Shown: piece after piece, positions 38,477 through 49,479 of the stretch | How positions within the stretch are numbered: the stretch's first letter is position 1 | How the letters are laid out: each line of letters begins with the position of its first letter | DNA from: Vicugna vicugna | Taxonomy: Eukaryota | Direction: 5' to 3' | DNA length: 64,000 nt | NCBI GenBank assembly: GCA_013265495.1 | Contig: MU057930.1 | Coordinates: 1,194,057 to 1,258,056 of the forward strand | Made by a program: the position numbers and the translations under genes | Notes under the pieces: model-generated | The model's input: only the letters and a program-made list of their open reading frames with translations | The model's database searches: none | Told to the model about the DNA's origin: nothing

Positions 38477-41400
38477 TGAGAGAGCAAAGTAAAAAAGCAC
38501 CGAACTGTGTGGCAAAATTAAAAACACCTGTAATTTTCAGACATGAAAAGAGCACTGTCACTTTAGAGCACTGGGGAATGGATGGGGACTAAGGAAGGTT
38601 TCGTCTGTCTGTTTTTAAGGATGAACGGGACATGCCAAGAACACACAGCAGTGGGAACAAGAACAGGAAAAGAGATTTACGTAACGGATTGTGACAACAG
38701 GACCTTTTGGATGGGTGCATCTTCCCAAACCCTGGAACAAGTTCACACGTATGGTCTGAGCTCCGTCCAGGACATCTAGCTGCCTGGATCTGTGAACAAT
38801 TTCTTCTACCAATTACAAGCGCTACCTTGGAAAAGATACTTAATTTTCCAAGCATGAATTCAGTCATACCATGTCAGGGTGAGGTCCAAGTTTGGAATGT
38901 TGATACTGACAGTATCTGAGACGACGCCCCAGAATGCTGATTTCATGGGGAAGTGCTTAAACCTACATAACTGTATGCCAACTCTTTCAAAGCTGTCTCT
39001 ACCTTTTATTTGACCAACATGATCCGATTTGCTTTAAGTAAAAAAATTCTTTAAATATTAAGAGCCCTTTATTAAAGTGTTTAGGAAATATCATCTGATT
39101 TAAATCCCAAAGATAAGTATGAGCATTGTTAAAATAAGAGCAAAAATTTCAAACTTATTTATATGTATAAAATTCAAACTGCATATATAATTTGAAAGCA
39201 ACGGGGTCATTGGGATGGACTTGTCTCTGGAATGTAAAATAACTGTGAATAATTCTCAAATATCAATATTGAAATACTAAGTGACTGAATGCCTACATAT
39301 TTCATTTTCATGAGAACCATACGTACAATGCAGCATTCTCATCTTGAGCAGAGGAGTATTTTTTCATTTTAAATGTGGACACGCAGCACTGGGATCTAAT
39401 TAGGATATAATTACAAGGATTTAATGGCAGAGTACGTGTGTCCAGCGTTTTCCAGTAGCCTCATTAATACATCTCCTACTACCTATTGTACTAGGAAATA
39501 AGTTTTGATTAAGTATTAACTTTTAATATTTTAATTTAAGTAAGCTTATAGAATTACTTTTTAATAATGGCTGTCCTTGAGACTTTAGCCACAACACGCC
39601 TGAAGGTTTCACAGCCGGCGCCGGCGAGCCGGCGTGAGAGGGCCGGAGCCCGCCGCCGAGCACACGCCCGCCCGCACCGCAGTAGGCAGCCTGGCTGGCG
39701 TTAACAACCCGGCGGCAGATCCTTCCCAGCTTAAGAAGCGGGGGTGCTGTACAGAGATTCCCTACCTCACTAACTCTCTTAACCGGTTCCAGCACATTAG
39801 TAGGAGCGTTAGTGAGACAGGTTAGTGTGGAAGGAAGCGCTGACATCAGTATGTTAAAACTAAGACGTGTCCAACTGAAAACGAAACAAGCTAATCATAC
39901 TACTGACTTCGGGATTTTTTTCTTTTGATCAGTCTCGGGTAAAAATTATTTCCAATTGATTCATGTATGAAAGAACATATAGGTAACCTATGCTGAAAAC
40001 ATTGATGGGGACGAGACCACACATCTGACGGAAGTCACGGGTACGTATCCGTAGCTTACTCTACGCAAACTACACGAGTTAATATTATCTGTATTTTTAT
40101 ACTATGGGGAGAAGTAGGTATATAGGTTATTTTTCATGAAGACACTGGTGGAGAAATGTGTCTACACTTGAGAATTCAGACTCCATGTTGGCTGAGTCAG
40201 AGATGCTGAAAGGTCTTCTGCTGGAAAATGAGGGAATGTAACCACTGTGAGAGTCTATCACATGGCTTTTTAAACCATTAGACACACTAATCCTGGAGAC
40301 CTAGTAAATACCCCAGGGAAGTCCCTGGAGTTTATTGCCAAATATCACACATTTGAGGAGCTGGGTCCTGTCACCTCAGTGAACCAGGATCTAAAACTTA
40401 AATTCAGCGACTCACCCATTTCCAGCAATGACTGCCTTCACCTCAACCACAAATGCGTTATTGGGTCACAATTATTAAAACAGTGCCTGAGACTTGAACC
40501 CACGGCCCTGAAGATAACCACACTGTCTCCCTCAAATGCAGGGCTCTCAGGCAAGGCAGTTTTTCTGACCTCTGACCAACTCCACACGGCCTTTGGTACA
40601 TCCATGTTAGCCTTTCTGATGTTACCTCCACGTGTGGGGTGGACGGGGGTTGACCCTTGACTTTGACAAGAACAAAGCTTGAGTTGTTCTCCCCCAATGG
40701 CATATGTGATGGGGCTGGTGTGCTTGGTGGCAAGTTCAGGTCTTTTCTGTCCCATTCATTTGATTAGGGTTCAAAATAGCAGGGAGTAGACTACAGAATA
40801 CAGACGAAGTGGAAAGGAACAGTTAGAGGCGGCAGGACTTCTGAATGCAGGCCCAGCGGTGAGCTCCCAGTGGTCTCCGACTGAGGGACTCCTCAGCTCC
40901 CAGGATGGGTAGGTTTTAATTTTCTCAGTCGTTCTAAGAAAGCAATAGAAAGTTAATGGCTTGGACTCTACCACGTGGTCCCATCTGAAGACCTGATCTG
41001 CACATACGTTCGGGCACCTCCCTTGAGAATTACGTGCCGAGCAGCATCAATGTGCGGGGAAGCGTGATGCTAAGGCTCACCAGACAGACTCGTCATGACC
41101 CAGGTCACACTGTGTAAGTTTCAAATGGTTCTAATGGACACCTCTTCTGCCTTCTTTGCTATGAAATCCAGCAAAAGGACGTGACCTCAATGAAGAAGAA
41201 TATAAGAAGTTCGAAGATCTGCCTAAGGACAAGGGTGTTCCGACGGAAGACACAGAGCACGGCATCTCAACAGGTGATGTCTCAGAGTACAGCGCGCATC
41301 TGGTATCAAAACGCACCCTTCGGGTTCTGGATTCAGATTTCCTATCCACACAAGTGTCTTTTATAAAGGCCACAGTGAATTAATCCTAAGAAACACTGAG

Positions 41401-42599
41401 GCACTCCAATGATCCTTTCTCCCCGCATTCAGTCTCCTTCACAGACAACTGTCCTCAAAACTCAGACTGTCCGTTGGGTGAGTAGAAACACGGTAGGTAC
41501 ACCTCCTCGCCCGTTTGGTAGGTTAAGGCTTTTTTGTTCTTGGGGTTACTGCTTTAAGAAGAGAATAATGAAACAGTGCAACCTGCAAGGGGGCAAAGGC
41601 TAGGACTTAAGGTAAGTGTGTGGGCTTAAAGGTCCACACACACAAAAATAACCAAGAAAACATACATACACAATGATCTAGCCTACACAGTGGGATGCTT
41701 GAGGACAGAGAGAAGGAATTTTGGGAAGCACTGAACTCTGAAATATGATTAACCCTGGTGGGTCCAGTCTGAATGAATGATGAATATGCCAGAGCATCTT
41801 CTATAAGTAAGACTTACAATGATTTAAGTGGCACAGACTTACATGGTATATAATTTCCTACGTCTTGTAGCCGTTTGTGTCCTGTGGAATAGTTCTACCC
41901 AACCCCACATGTGCCGACGGAGTTCTGAGAAATGAGCCCTGTAGGGGAATTAGTCCACTGTTTCCCCCAGCAATCCCTTTCTTCATTCATGCTCTTGTCA
42001 ATATCACATTCTTTATATCAGCCCAACTACACTTTTAATTGTCTTTCATGCTTGAAGAAGATAATGACATGAGAATATTAACAGCATCACTAATGCATCT
42101 GAATCAGCAACATGAAGATAAAATAGCCTTTTCCTTCAGATCATAGTATCTTCTCCTTTCCTAGGAAGTCACAAAGTTGGATTCACGGCTTTCCTTCTAA
42201 TTCATCTCCTATGCCCTTGGTGCTGTTACTGGATTTCTCAAGTGTTCAATAAATTACTATATAGACGTGCATGCGTGTCCCTGAAGGAAGGTACCATATT
42301 TTCCATGCACAGAGATACCTGCATGCACTTAGGCAGAACGCTGAGTATACACTGAGCTAGGAGGTTACTCTGTTTAGGACTCACAGCGTGCATCCTCAAG
42401 TGTCTTGGTGAGAAGACAAGATACATCACAGATGGTACTTTTATCCTGTGGTATAAATTCCCCACCAGATGTCAGTTAAGGGAAGGGACTGGATAGTCAG
42501 ACTATTTCAGAAAAAAAGAGCGTGGGCTTTCCTCACTGGTGCCAGGAAAAAAAAAATCTCAATTATTATGTTGAGCAGCATGAAGGCGCAGTGGGAGTT

Positions 42600-45200
42600 G
42601 GTGGCAGGGATTTAGCAGGATGCAATAGAATATGACCAACACTGAAATTCAGAGGGAGCTCCTCCTGATAGAGACACCACGTCTCATGCTGACAGCTCTT
42701 CCCTGAAAAAAAATACCTCCTTCATCCTGAGCGGGTGATTATTAGTTATCACAAGATGAGCAAGTCACCAAAAAATCTGGTAAGAGGCTAAGTCCCAGGA
42801 AGGAAACCAGAGTCAGAGACAACACGAAGAACTTGGACGTGTAAACGCAGGAGGCCTCAGTGCTGTGGAGAATTCCTCCGTGAGGAGAGGCCACACTGTG
42901 ATACCCACGCGAAGTAAGGGCCCCTTCTGGGGCAGACAGAATTCCCAGTTATCTGCTAGCTTCCCGTGCAGGAGGTCTTCACTTGCTTAACCAAAACCCA
43001 TCACCAGGCTGGACTCAATGAGCAGCTTCAGGTGACAGAAACCCCAAGGTGGGTACAGGACTGCTGGGAGGATCGAATAGGGAACGGGTAACATTCTCTC
43101 CTCCAGCAACAATAACAACTAACAAAATGGAATCACAGAAATTATGAAATTATCAAACCCAACCATTCTGGAGTTTTGGAAATAAAGGTATGCAACAAAT
43201 GTAACAAATATTGACTCAAGAAAAAGTACTGAATATTGATTCAAAAAGGAAAAGCAGCACGGGGTCTGCGGTGTTTTACTCGGGGCTGCCCCATCCCGTC
43301 CCACCCCTCTGCGGACGGACTGGGGTGACTTCTCTGTAGCTCTGCATCAAAGTGTTGCATCAGGGGCGTTTTCCGAATCAAGAGGAACTGACGGGGTGGC
43401 AAAGGATGGGAAAGTGATAGAACAGGGATTATCACGGCTACGCCACCCCACCGCTGCAGGGAGCGGGCCAGAGACCAGGCAGACGTGCTCAAGGGAGATG
43501 TGAGAGATGAGAATGTCCTAGACAAGTGTGGAGACCTCTGCATGTCCCTGGGGCCTGGAAGGCTGTGCGCACACACGGGGCTACAGCCGTGACAGGAAGA
43601 CAGAAGACAGTACTGGTTCCTCCGTGCCCAGGGCCCCAGTAAACTGCACGAATTTCGAATACACACAGCTACCCACAGGCAGGTCTCCTAGGGCAAGACG
43701 CTGGGGACCTGCTGACTCAGTGCATTTAAATGAAACCATCAGTGACTCGCTACTAACCTATGCTGACTCAGGGCTGACCCCCAGGAAGCCAGCGTGAAAA
43801 ATAAAAACAAGAATTAAAAAAAAAGTACTGAACAGAGATTTTACTGGCCACACACTGAAGGGAAGACAGACTCTAATACTATTACAGGCAAGTCACTAAA
43901 CAAAACAAAATTCTCTGAGCCCCTCATTCAAACAATAATAATAATAAAACAAAAAATACAAGCTACAGGGAGAATGAGGATTCTAACTTGTCACACTACA
44001 ATGACCTAAATGTCCGTTTTTTCAACAACAACAAAAATCTATAAGATATGAAAAGAGGGAATGATAAGCTTATCAATACAGGAGGAAAAAAAAAAAAAGG
44101 AAAGGCCCCGATATTGGCCTTAGTAGAAAAATATTTAAATTCAGCTATTGTAAGTATGTTCAAGTAAGAAACAGATATTTAAATAATCAGTGTAAAATGA
44201 CAAAAGCACACCCACTAAAATGGCTTTTGAGGAGGAGCTACACTTTCTCTACAAACAGAAACCCTAACTCTGGAGATGAAAATTACAAAATTAATGAAAA
44301 CCATGAATAAGCTATAGATCTGGCCTGAATCAGTGAATGTGAAGCTAGGTCCATGGTTGTTTTCGATGCTGAAAAACAGTAAGAATAAAGAGTGAGGAAA
44401 AATGGACAGGGAGCTATAGAATTCCATGAAGAATTCTAACATATGGGAGTCACAGAAGGCAGAGAGAGAAAAAGCACAGATTTTAGGGGGAGGATGTAAC
44501 TCAAGTGGTAGAGCACATGCTTAGCATGCGTGAGGCCCTCGGTTCAATCCCCAGCACCTCCTCTAAAAATAAATAAAATAAAGCTAATTACCTCCCATCC
44601 CTCCCCGACAAAAAACAAAAGCACAAATTTTATTTGAAAATGTATTGGCTGGACACTCCCCAAATTCAGTGGAAAAACAAACAGAAAACTAACCTATACT
44701 TCCAAAAACTCAAGAAACTGCAGGTAGGACAAACGTAAGGGCATTCCCATCTAGATACATCACAGGAAAACTGTCAGACGTCAGAGATAAAGGGGAAAGC
44801 TTGGCATCGGCACGAGAAAGATGACCCACCAAGTACAAGGAACCGCAAAATGATGAACAGCTTCCCGTTCATCAGACACGATGCTCTAGCAAACGGTGGG
44901 AGGACACAGTCAAGGCGCTGAAAGAGGGGGAAAGACGCTTTCCGACAAAGCCTCTCTATCCAACAAACCGATGCTTCAAACCAGGAGGCAAAACGCATGC
45001 GTGCACAGGTGAAGACGTACAGACTTGATTGCTAGCATACCTGCCTTAGAACATCCACGGAAACAAGTCTGCAGCTGAGAAGGACCACAGACGGTAACCT
45101 GAATGCTCGTTAAGAAATACAGACAGAGACCATGCGTCAAAGCTACTACACAGGTAAGTACAAGAGAGGGTGTAAATATCTGTTATACAGACCTGTATCC
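42600..45200 (+). mobile_element. Old L1 5'/ORF1-region remnants
   Basis: A-rich strand bias. ORF1-like DNA tgggagtcacagaaggcagagagag..ttggctggacactccccaaatt..catctagatacatcacaggaaaactg. Boundaries approximate. Confidence 0.5.
44486..44616 (+). mobile_element. Camelid tRNA-derived SINE (Vic-1-like)
   Basis: A box taactcaagtgg, B box ggttcaatccc, A-rich tail. 16-bp TSD aaaagcacagatttta / aaaagcacaaatttta. Confidence 0.85.
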
Positions 45201-45213
45201 AAGAGGAAATTAG

Positions 45214-45594
45214 GGCTCTGCGTTGAAATATGAAGCCCCTTAAATTTCTGTGTTGAAGTCCTAACGGCCCAGTACATCACAGTACGGCCATCCTTGGAGA
45301 TGGGGGATTTTAAAGGCATGATTAAGGTAAAATGAGGCCATTGGATGGGTCCTAATCCACCTCAGTGATGTCCTTATATGAGAAGGAACTCTGGACAAAG
45401 GGACCCCAGGGATTCGTGAGGACAGAGGAAAGGCCATGTGAGGACATGTTGACAAGGTCAAGCCAAGGAGAGAGGTCTCAGAAGAGATCAGCTTGTGGAC
45501 TTAACAGCTTTTGGAACTGCGAGAAAATAAATGTCTGCTGTTTAAGTTGCCCAGTCTGTGGTATTTGTTACGGCAGCCCGAAGTGACTGATACA
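45214..45594 (+). mobile_element. MLT1 (MaLR) solo LTR
   Basis: tgttgaagtcctaac..attaaggtaaaatgaggcc..gggtcctaatcca..aataaatgtctgctgtttaag..gtctgtggtatttgttacggcagccc..actgataca. Confidence 0.85.
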
Positions 45595-46045
45595 ACTCCC
45601 TATCATCATCTCAGAAGCTAGAGCACCTGACAAAATCTAACCTATTGTAAGTATTATCAGGAAACTAGGAATTAAAAGAATGTATTATGTTCTGAACTTT
45701 ATCTAGGCATAAGATCAAAATGTGCATGTGACATTTAAACTTAGTGGTAAAAGATTATGCTTTAATCCAAACAACAAGGACAAAATTAAGATACCTGATA
45801 CTACTTCCAATCAACATTCTACTGGAGCTACTAGCAATACCATAATGGAGTGGGGCAAAAAAAGTTTCACAGTTTCAAAAGACATAAAAATTCTCTGTGT
45901 TCACACACATGATAATTTATAAAGAGTATCTTTAGATAATGTACAGAATAAACAGGAACAAGACAAGTGAGTTTAGTGAGTTTCCAGAGAACAAGCTAAA
46001 TAAACGAAATTATATTTGATATATGTGTTACAGAACATTTGGAAT

Positions 46046-46168
46046 GAGGGGGGTGTGAGAGTACAGCTCAGCGGTAATGTGTGTGCTTGGTATGCATGAG
46101 GTACTGGGTTCAATCCCTAGTACCTTCATTAAAAAATAAAAATTAAAGAAAAATAAATTTTTTTAAAA
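46046..46168 (+). mobile_element. Camelid tRNA-derived SINE (Vic-1-like)
   Basis: tacagctcagcggta..gggttcaatccctagtacc plus A tail. TSD agaacatttggaat / agaacgtttggaat. Confidence 0.8.
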
Positions 46169-47092
46169 AGAACGTTTGGAATTGAACATTAAAATAAGGA
46201 GAAAAACATGAGATACTTAGGATACAACTGGCAAAACATGTAATATATGTATGCTAAAAATAGAAATTATTCTTAAAATTAATTTTTTAAAAGCCCTACA
46301 CTAATGAAGTGAATTATTAATATTCAGAAGGAAATCTAGATGTTCTTGGGTTTGGTGGTAAATTTTCAGATATTACATCAAAAGCATAATTTATAAAGGA
46401 AAAAAGATACACTGAACTTCATTAAATATTCAGAACGTCTGCTCTGCAAGAGGCGCTGTTAAGACAACGGGAAAAAAAAAACAGGAAACATTTTCAAAGC
46501 ATATATCTAATAAAGGAATTGTACCTAAAATATACATAAAGCAGTCGAAGTTCAAGAATACAAAAACAAAAACTCAACTGAGAAGTCAGCAAAAGATTTG
46601 AAAACACATATGCAAAGAAGATGCACTCTGGTTAAACAAGCACACAGAAGGAAGTTCAAGATCACACGTCATTAGGGGACTGCAAATTAAAACAAAGACG
46701 GACCACCGTTCACCTGTCAGAATGGCTAAAATTGAAAGTGGCCACACCCAGTGCTGGTGAGGATGTGGGGCAACAGGAACTCTCACGCACGCCTGGTGGG
46801 AATGCAGAATACAACAGCTACTTCACAAGACAGTTTGACAGTTTCTTACAAACAAATGAACATACCATTACCATGCAATCCAACAATTAATCATCCTTGG
46901 TATCTACCTAAAGAAACTGAAAATTTATGTCCACACAGTAACCCACACAGGAATGATTATAGCACCTTAATGCATGATTGCCAAAAGTTGGAAGCCATCA
47001 AGGTGTCGTTTAGTAGACGAATGGGTACATACAGGGTGGTCCATCCACACGATGGAATATTAGTCACCGCTTAAAAAGAAATGAGCTATCCA

Positions 47093-47190
47093 AAAGAAAG
47101 GAAGGGAGGGGGAAGGGGAAGGGGAAGGGGAAGGAAAGGAAAGGAAAGGAAAGGAAAGGGAAAAGGAAAAGGGAAAGGGAAAGGGAAAGG
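47093..47190 (+). repeat. Purine microsatellite (GGAAA/GGGAAA)n flanked by a perfect 20-bp direct repeat
   Basis: aaaaagaaatgagctatcca at 47073-47092 and 47191-47210. Confidence 0.9.
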
Positions 47191-48989
47191 AAAAAGAAAT
47201 GAGCTATCCAGTCATGAAAAGTCATGGTGGAACCTTGTGAAAGCAGCCCATCTGAAAGGCTGTGTACTGTGTCATTCCAATTCTATGACATTAGAGTTGG
47301 AAAAGGCAGAGTTTAAAAAAAAAAATCAGTCACTTCCAGGGATTCAGGTGGAGGGAGTATTGCACAGGTGGGGCACAGGGGGGGGATCTTAGGGCAGAAA
47401 AGCTCTTCTGTTTGATGCTTTAATGTTGGATACCCGCCATGAAGCACTTCTGAACACCCCAAACACCGTACAACACAAAGTGTGAATCCTAACGTAACCT
47501 GAGGGTGCTGGCTTTCTTGAGTGGATCAATATGGGTTCATCAATTGTATGAGACACACAGCACTGTGCAAGATCTTGGTGGAAGGGGAAACCGGTGTCGG
47601 GAGGAGAGGGTGTACAGGAACTCGGCTGACCCTCTGATCAACTCCTCTGTAAACTTACAAGTGCTCTGCAAGTAATCACTTGGTTTTTTCCACAAAACAA
47701 TGGAACAACTCCTGAGCCACAAGATTACATTCAAGAATCTCTAAAAACACGATGCTGCATGAAGTACGCCAGAAACAAGAGTACGTGACACATGACCCAG
47801 TTACATGAAATTATAGGAAAAAGTCAGTCAGATCGAGGGTGATATTAGATCAGGGTTTGTCTGGCTGGTACAGGGTTGGGGGGAGGAGGGACCACAATGG
47901 AAAAAAGGGAAATATTTGGAGATACAGAGACTACCTTTGGAGATACAGAAACTTTCTGTAACTTCATTCCACGCTGCTTACATAAATGTAGGCGTGTGTC
48001 AGATTTTTATTTAACCTAATACTAAGAATGAAGAAGAGGAAGTCAAAGATGACTCAGTAGCCCAGTAAATATTTTAAATGCTGAGAATGTAGATATCCAA
48101 GGTGGTGGCTAAGGCCCGAGTCAAATAGTATTTTTGTTTTCCAAGTTAATTTAAAAGGTTTACCCTTGCAATAGGGGATGATTAATTTTATATATTTTCT
48201 TACCTAGTTCTCATCCTTCAGAATTCAGTACAGTGAACTTAAGCGTTAAATTTATAAAATTATATGGCAGAAATTCTGCTTACGGTGATGGGAGAATGGC
48301 TTTTATTAGACTCATTTTTCTGTCTATAACAAAAGTCAGAATTTTAAAACATATTTCTGAAGGCGGGCCACCAAACGGAAGACTGTGAGGCATCAAGATC
48401 CTTCTGCAAAGAGCAGGAAAAGCGATGAGAACCACATCTGCATCTGACCTTCCCCCGAGGGCACTCCCTGACGGACAACACGGGGAAGGGTGCGCAGTCG
48501 TACGGGCTCGGGAAGGCCGAGGGGGGCCGTCCACACGTACCACACACCTGCACGTCAGGGGCGACCCTCTGAAACAGAGGTGGTCACAGAAGGCTGAGCT
48601 CAAACGCCAGCACAGATCCCCTTGCAGTGCTGGCCGGACTGCTCATTGCATCAGTTCAGCGTGAGGCTCAAAGGACCGGACAGCCACCCCAGGAAGACTG
48701 CAACTGCGGGGCAGAGATTTGATTCGTTTCCCAGGGCTGGCGAAACACACTGGGGAGCAAATGCAGATGGGGTAAGTGAAATAAAGCATCGTTCACAATA
48801 GTTTCAAAAGCTGAGTTACTTCAGGATAAGGGTGACAAGATGTGAGCCCTGTCCCTTACAAGTATATATACACACGTAAGTTATGTGTATTAGCTTTTGT
48901 TCTCTTCTGTCTGATTCCAGGCATCATATTACAGAAGTTATTTATAATTTATGCATCATATATAATTACAATTAATCACACCAGTACTA

Positions 48990-49132
48990 ATTTTATTTAC
49001 TTATTTTCTCAGCAGAGGGGAGGTAAGTAGGCTAATTTATTTGGTTTTTCAATGAGGGCACTGGGGATTGAACTCAGGACCCCATGCATGCTAAGCACGC
49101 ACTCTACCACTTGAGCTACACCCTCCTCCCCC
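48990..49132 (-). mobile_element. Camelid tRNA-derived SINE (Vic-1-like), antisense
   Basis: ctggggattgaactcaggacc..atgctaagcacgcactctaccacttgagctacaccctcctccccc is the reverse complement of the element type at 44486. Confidence 0.8.
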
Positions 49133-49479
49133 TAGTTATGAATATTTAAATTAATATTAGCTATATAATTAAGAGTCAGTAATATACAAATAATATTATG
49201 TATATTATGCATGTATAAAGTTCTACAATTTCTGTAACATAACGCCTAGAATAAGTGAAAGAGAAGAAAAAGTGCAGAATCTGCATGACATCAGGATTTT
49301 TCCTGTATCTTCTGATGTCAAGAAAGTGTGATTCCACCCATCCGAGGCATTTAACGTAGTCAAAGTCACAGACACAGGAAGGGAAAGGTGGCTGCGGGGG
49401 GTTAGGTAAGAGGGAGGCGGGCAGTTCCACAGCAGGAAGGGACTTTTAGGAGACGCATGGCTGACAATGGTGGCACAGC

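Larger units (their letters stand above)
36035..41477 (+). pseudogene. Lipocalin pseudogene, Bos d 2/aphrodisin-like (CxxxC) OBP subfamily; exons 36035-36115, 36564-36703, 38620-38690, 39933-40040, 41172-41273, 41445-41477; terminal exon ~42058-42270
   Basis: Conceptual product: MKTLLLRLALCVLCAAQACASEKHHLG ITGEWHTIYTAPNNVQKIQENGSLRGYIHKTECNHGCETLSITYYIK MNGTCQEHTAVGTRTGKEIYVTDF SGKNYFQLIHV*KNI*VTYAENIDGDETTHLTEVT AKGRDLNEEEYKKFEDLPKDKGVPTEDTEHGIST DNCPQ... GxW and CxxxC are present. Donor 1 is GA (36116), donor 2 is AT (36704), stops are TGA 39968 and TAG 39980, and AATAAA is at 42248. Confidence 0.9.
45600..47700 (+). mobile_element. Old L1 (L1MB/MC-like) ORF2 3' and 3'UTR fragments
   Basis: gtcattaggggactgcaaattaaaac..gtgctggtgaggatgtggggcaacaggaactctc..gaaatgagctatc. 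Confidence 0.75.

Noticed and set aside
44486..44565. tRNA-like sequence (also at 46050 and 49060-49130)
   Set aside because: A-rich tails, and TSDs at the two + strand copies, show these are tRNA-derived SINEs, not tRNA genes.
47081..47392. ORF with KGKGKG low-complexity run
   Set aside because: Translation of the purine microsatellite within an L1 relic.
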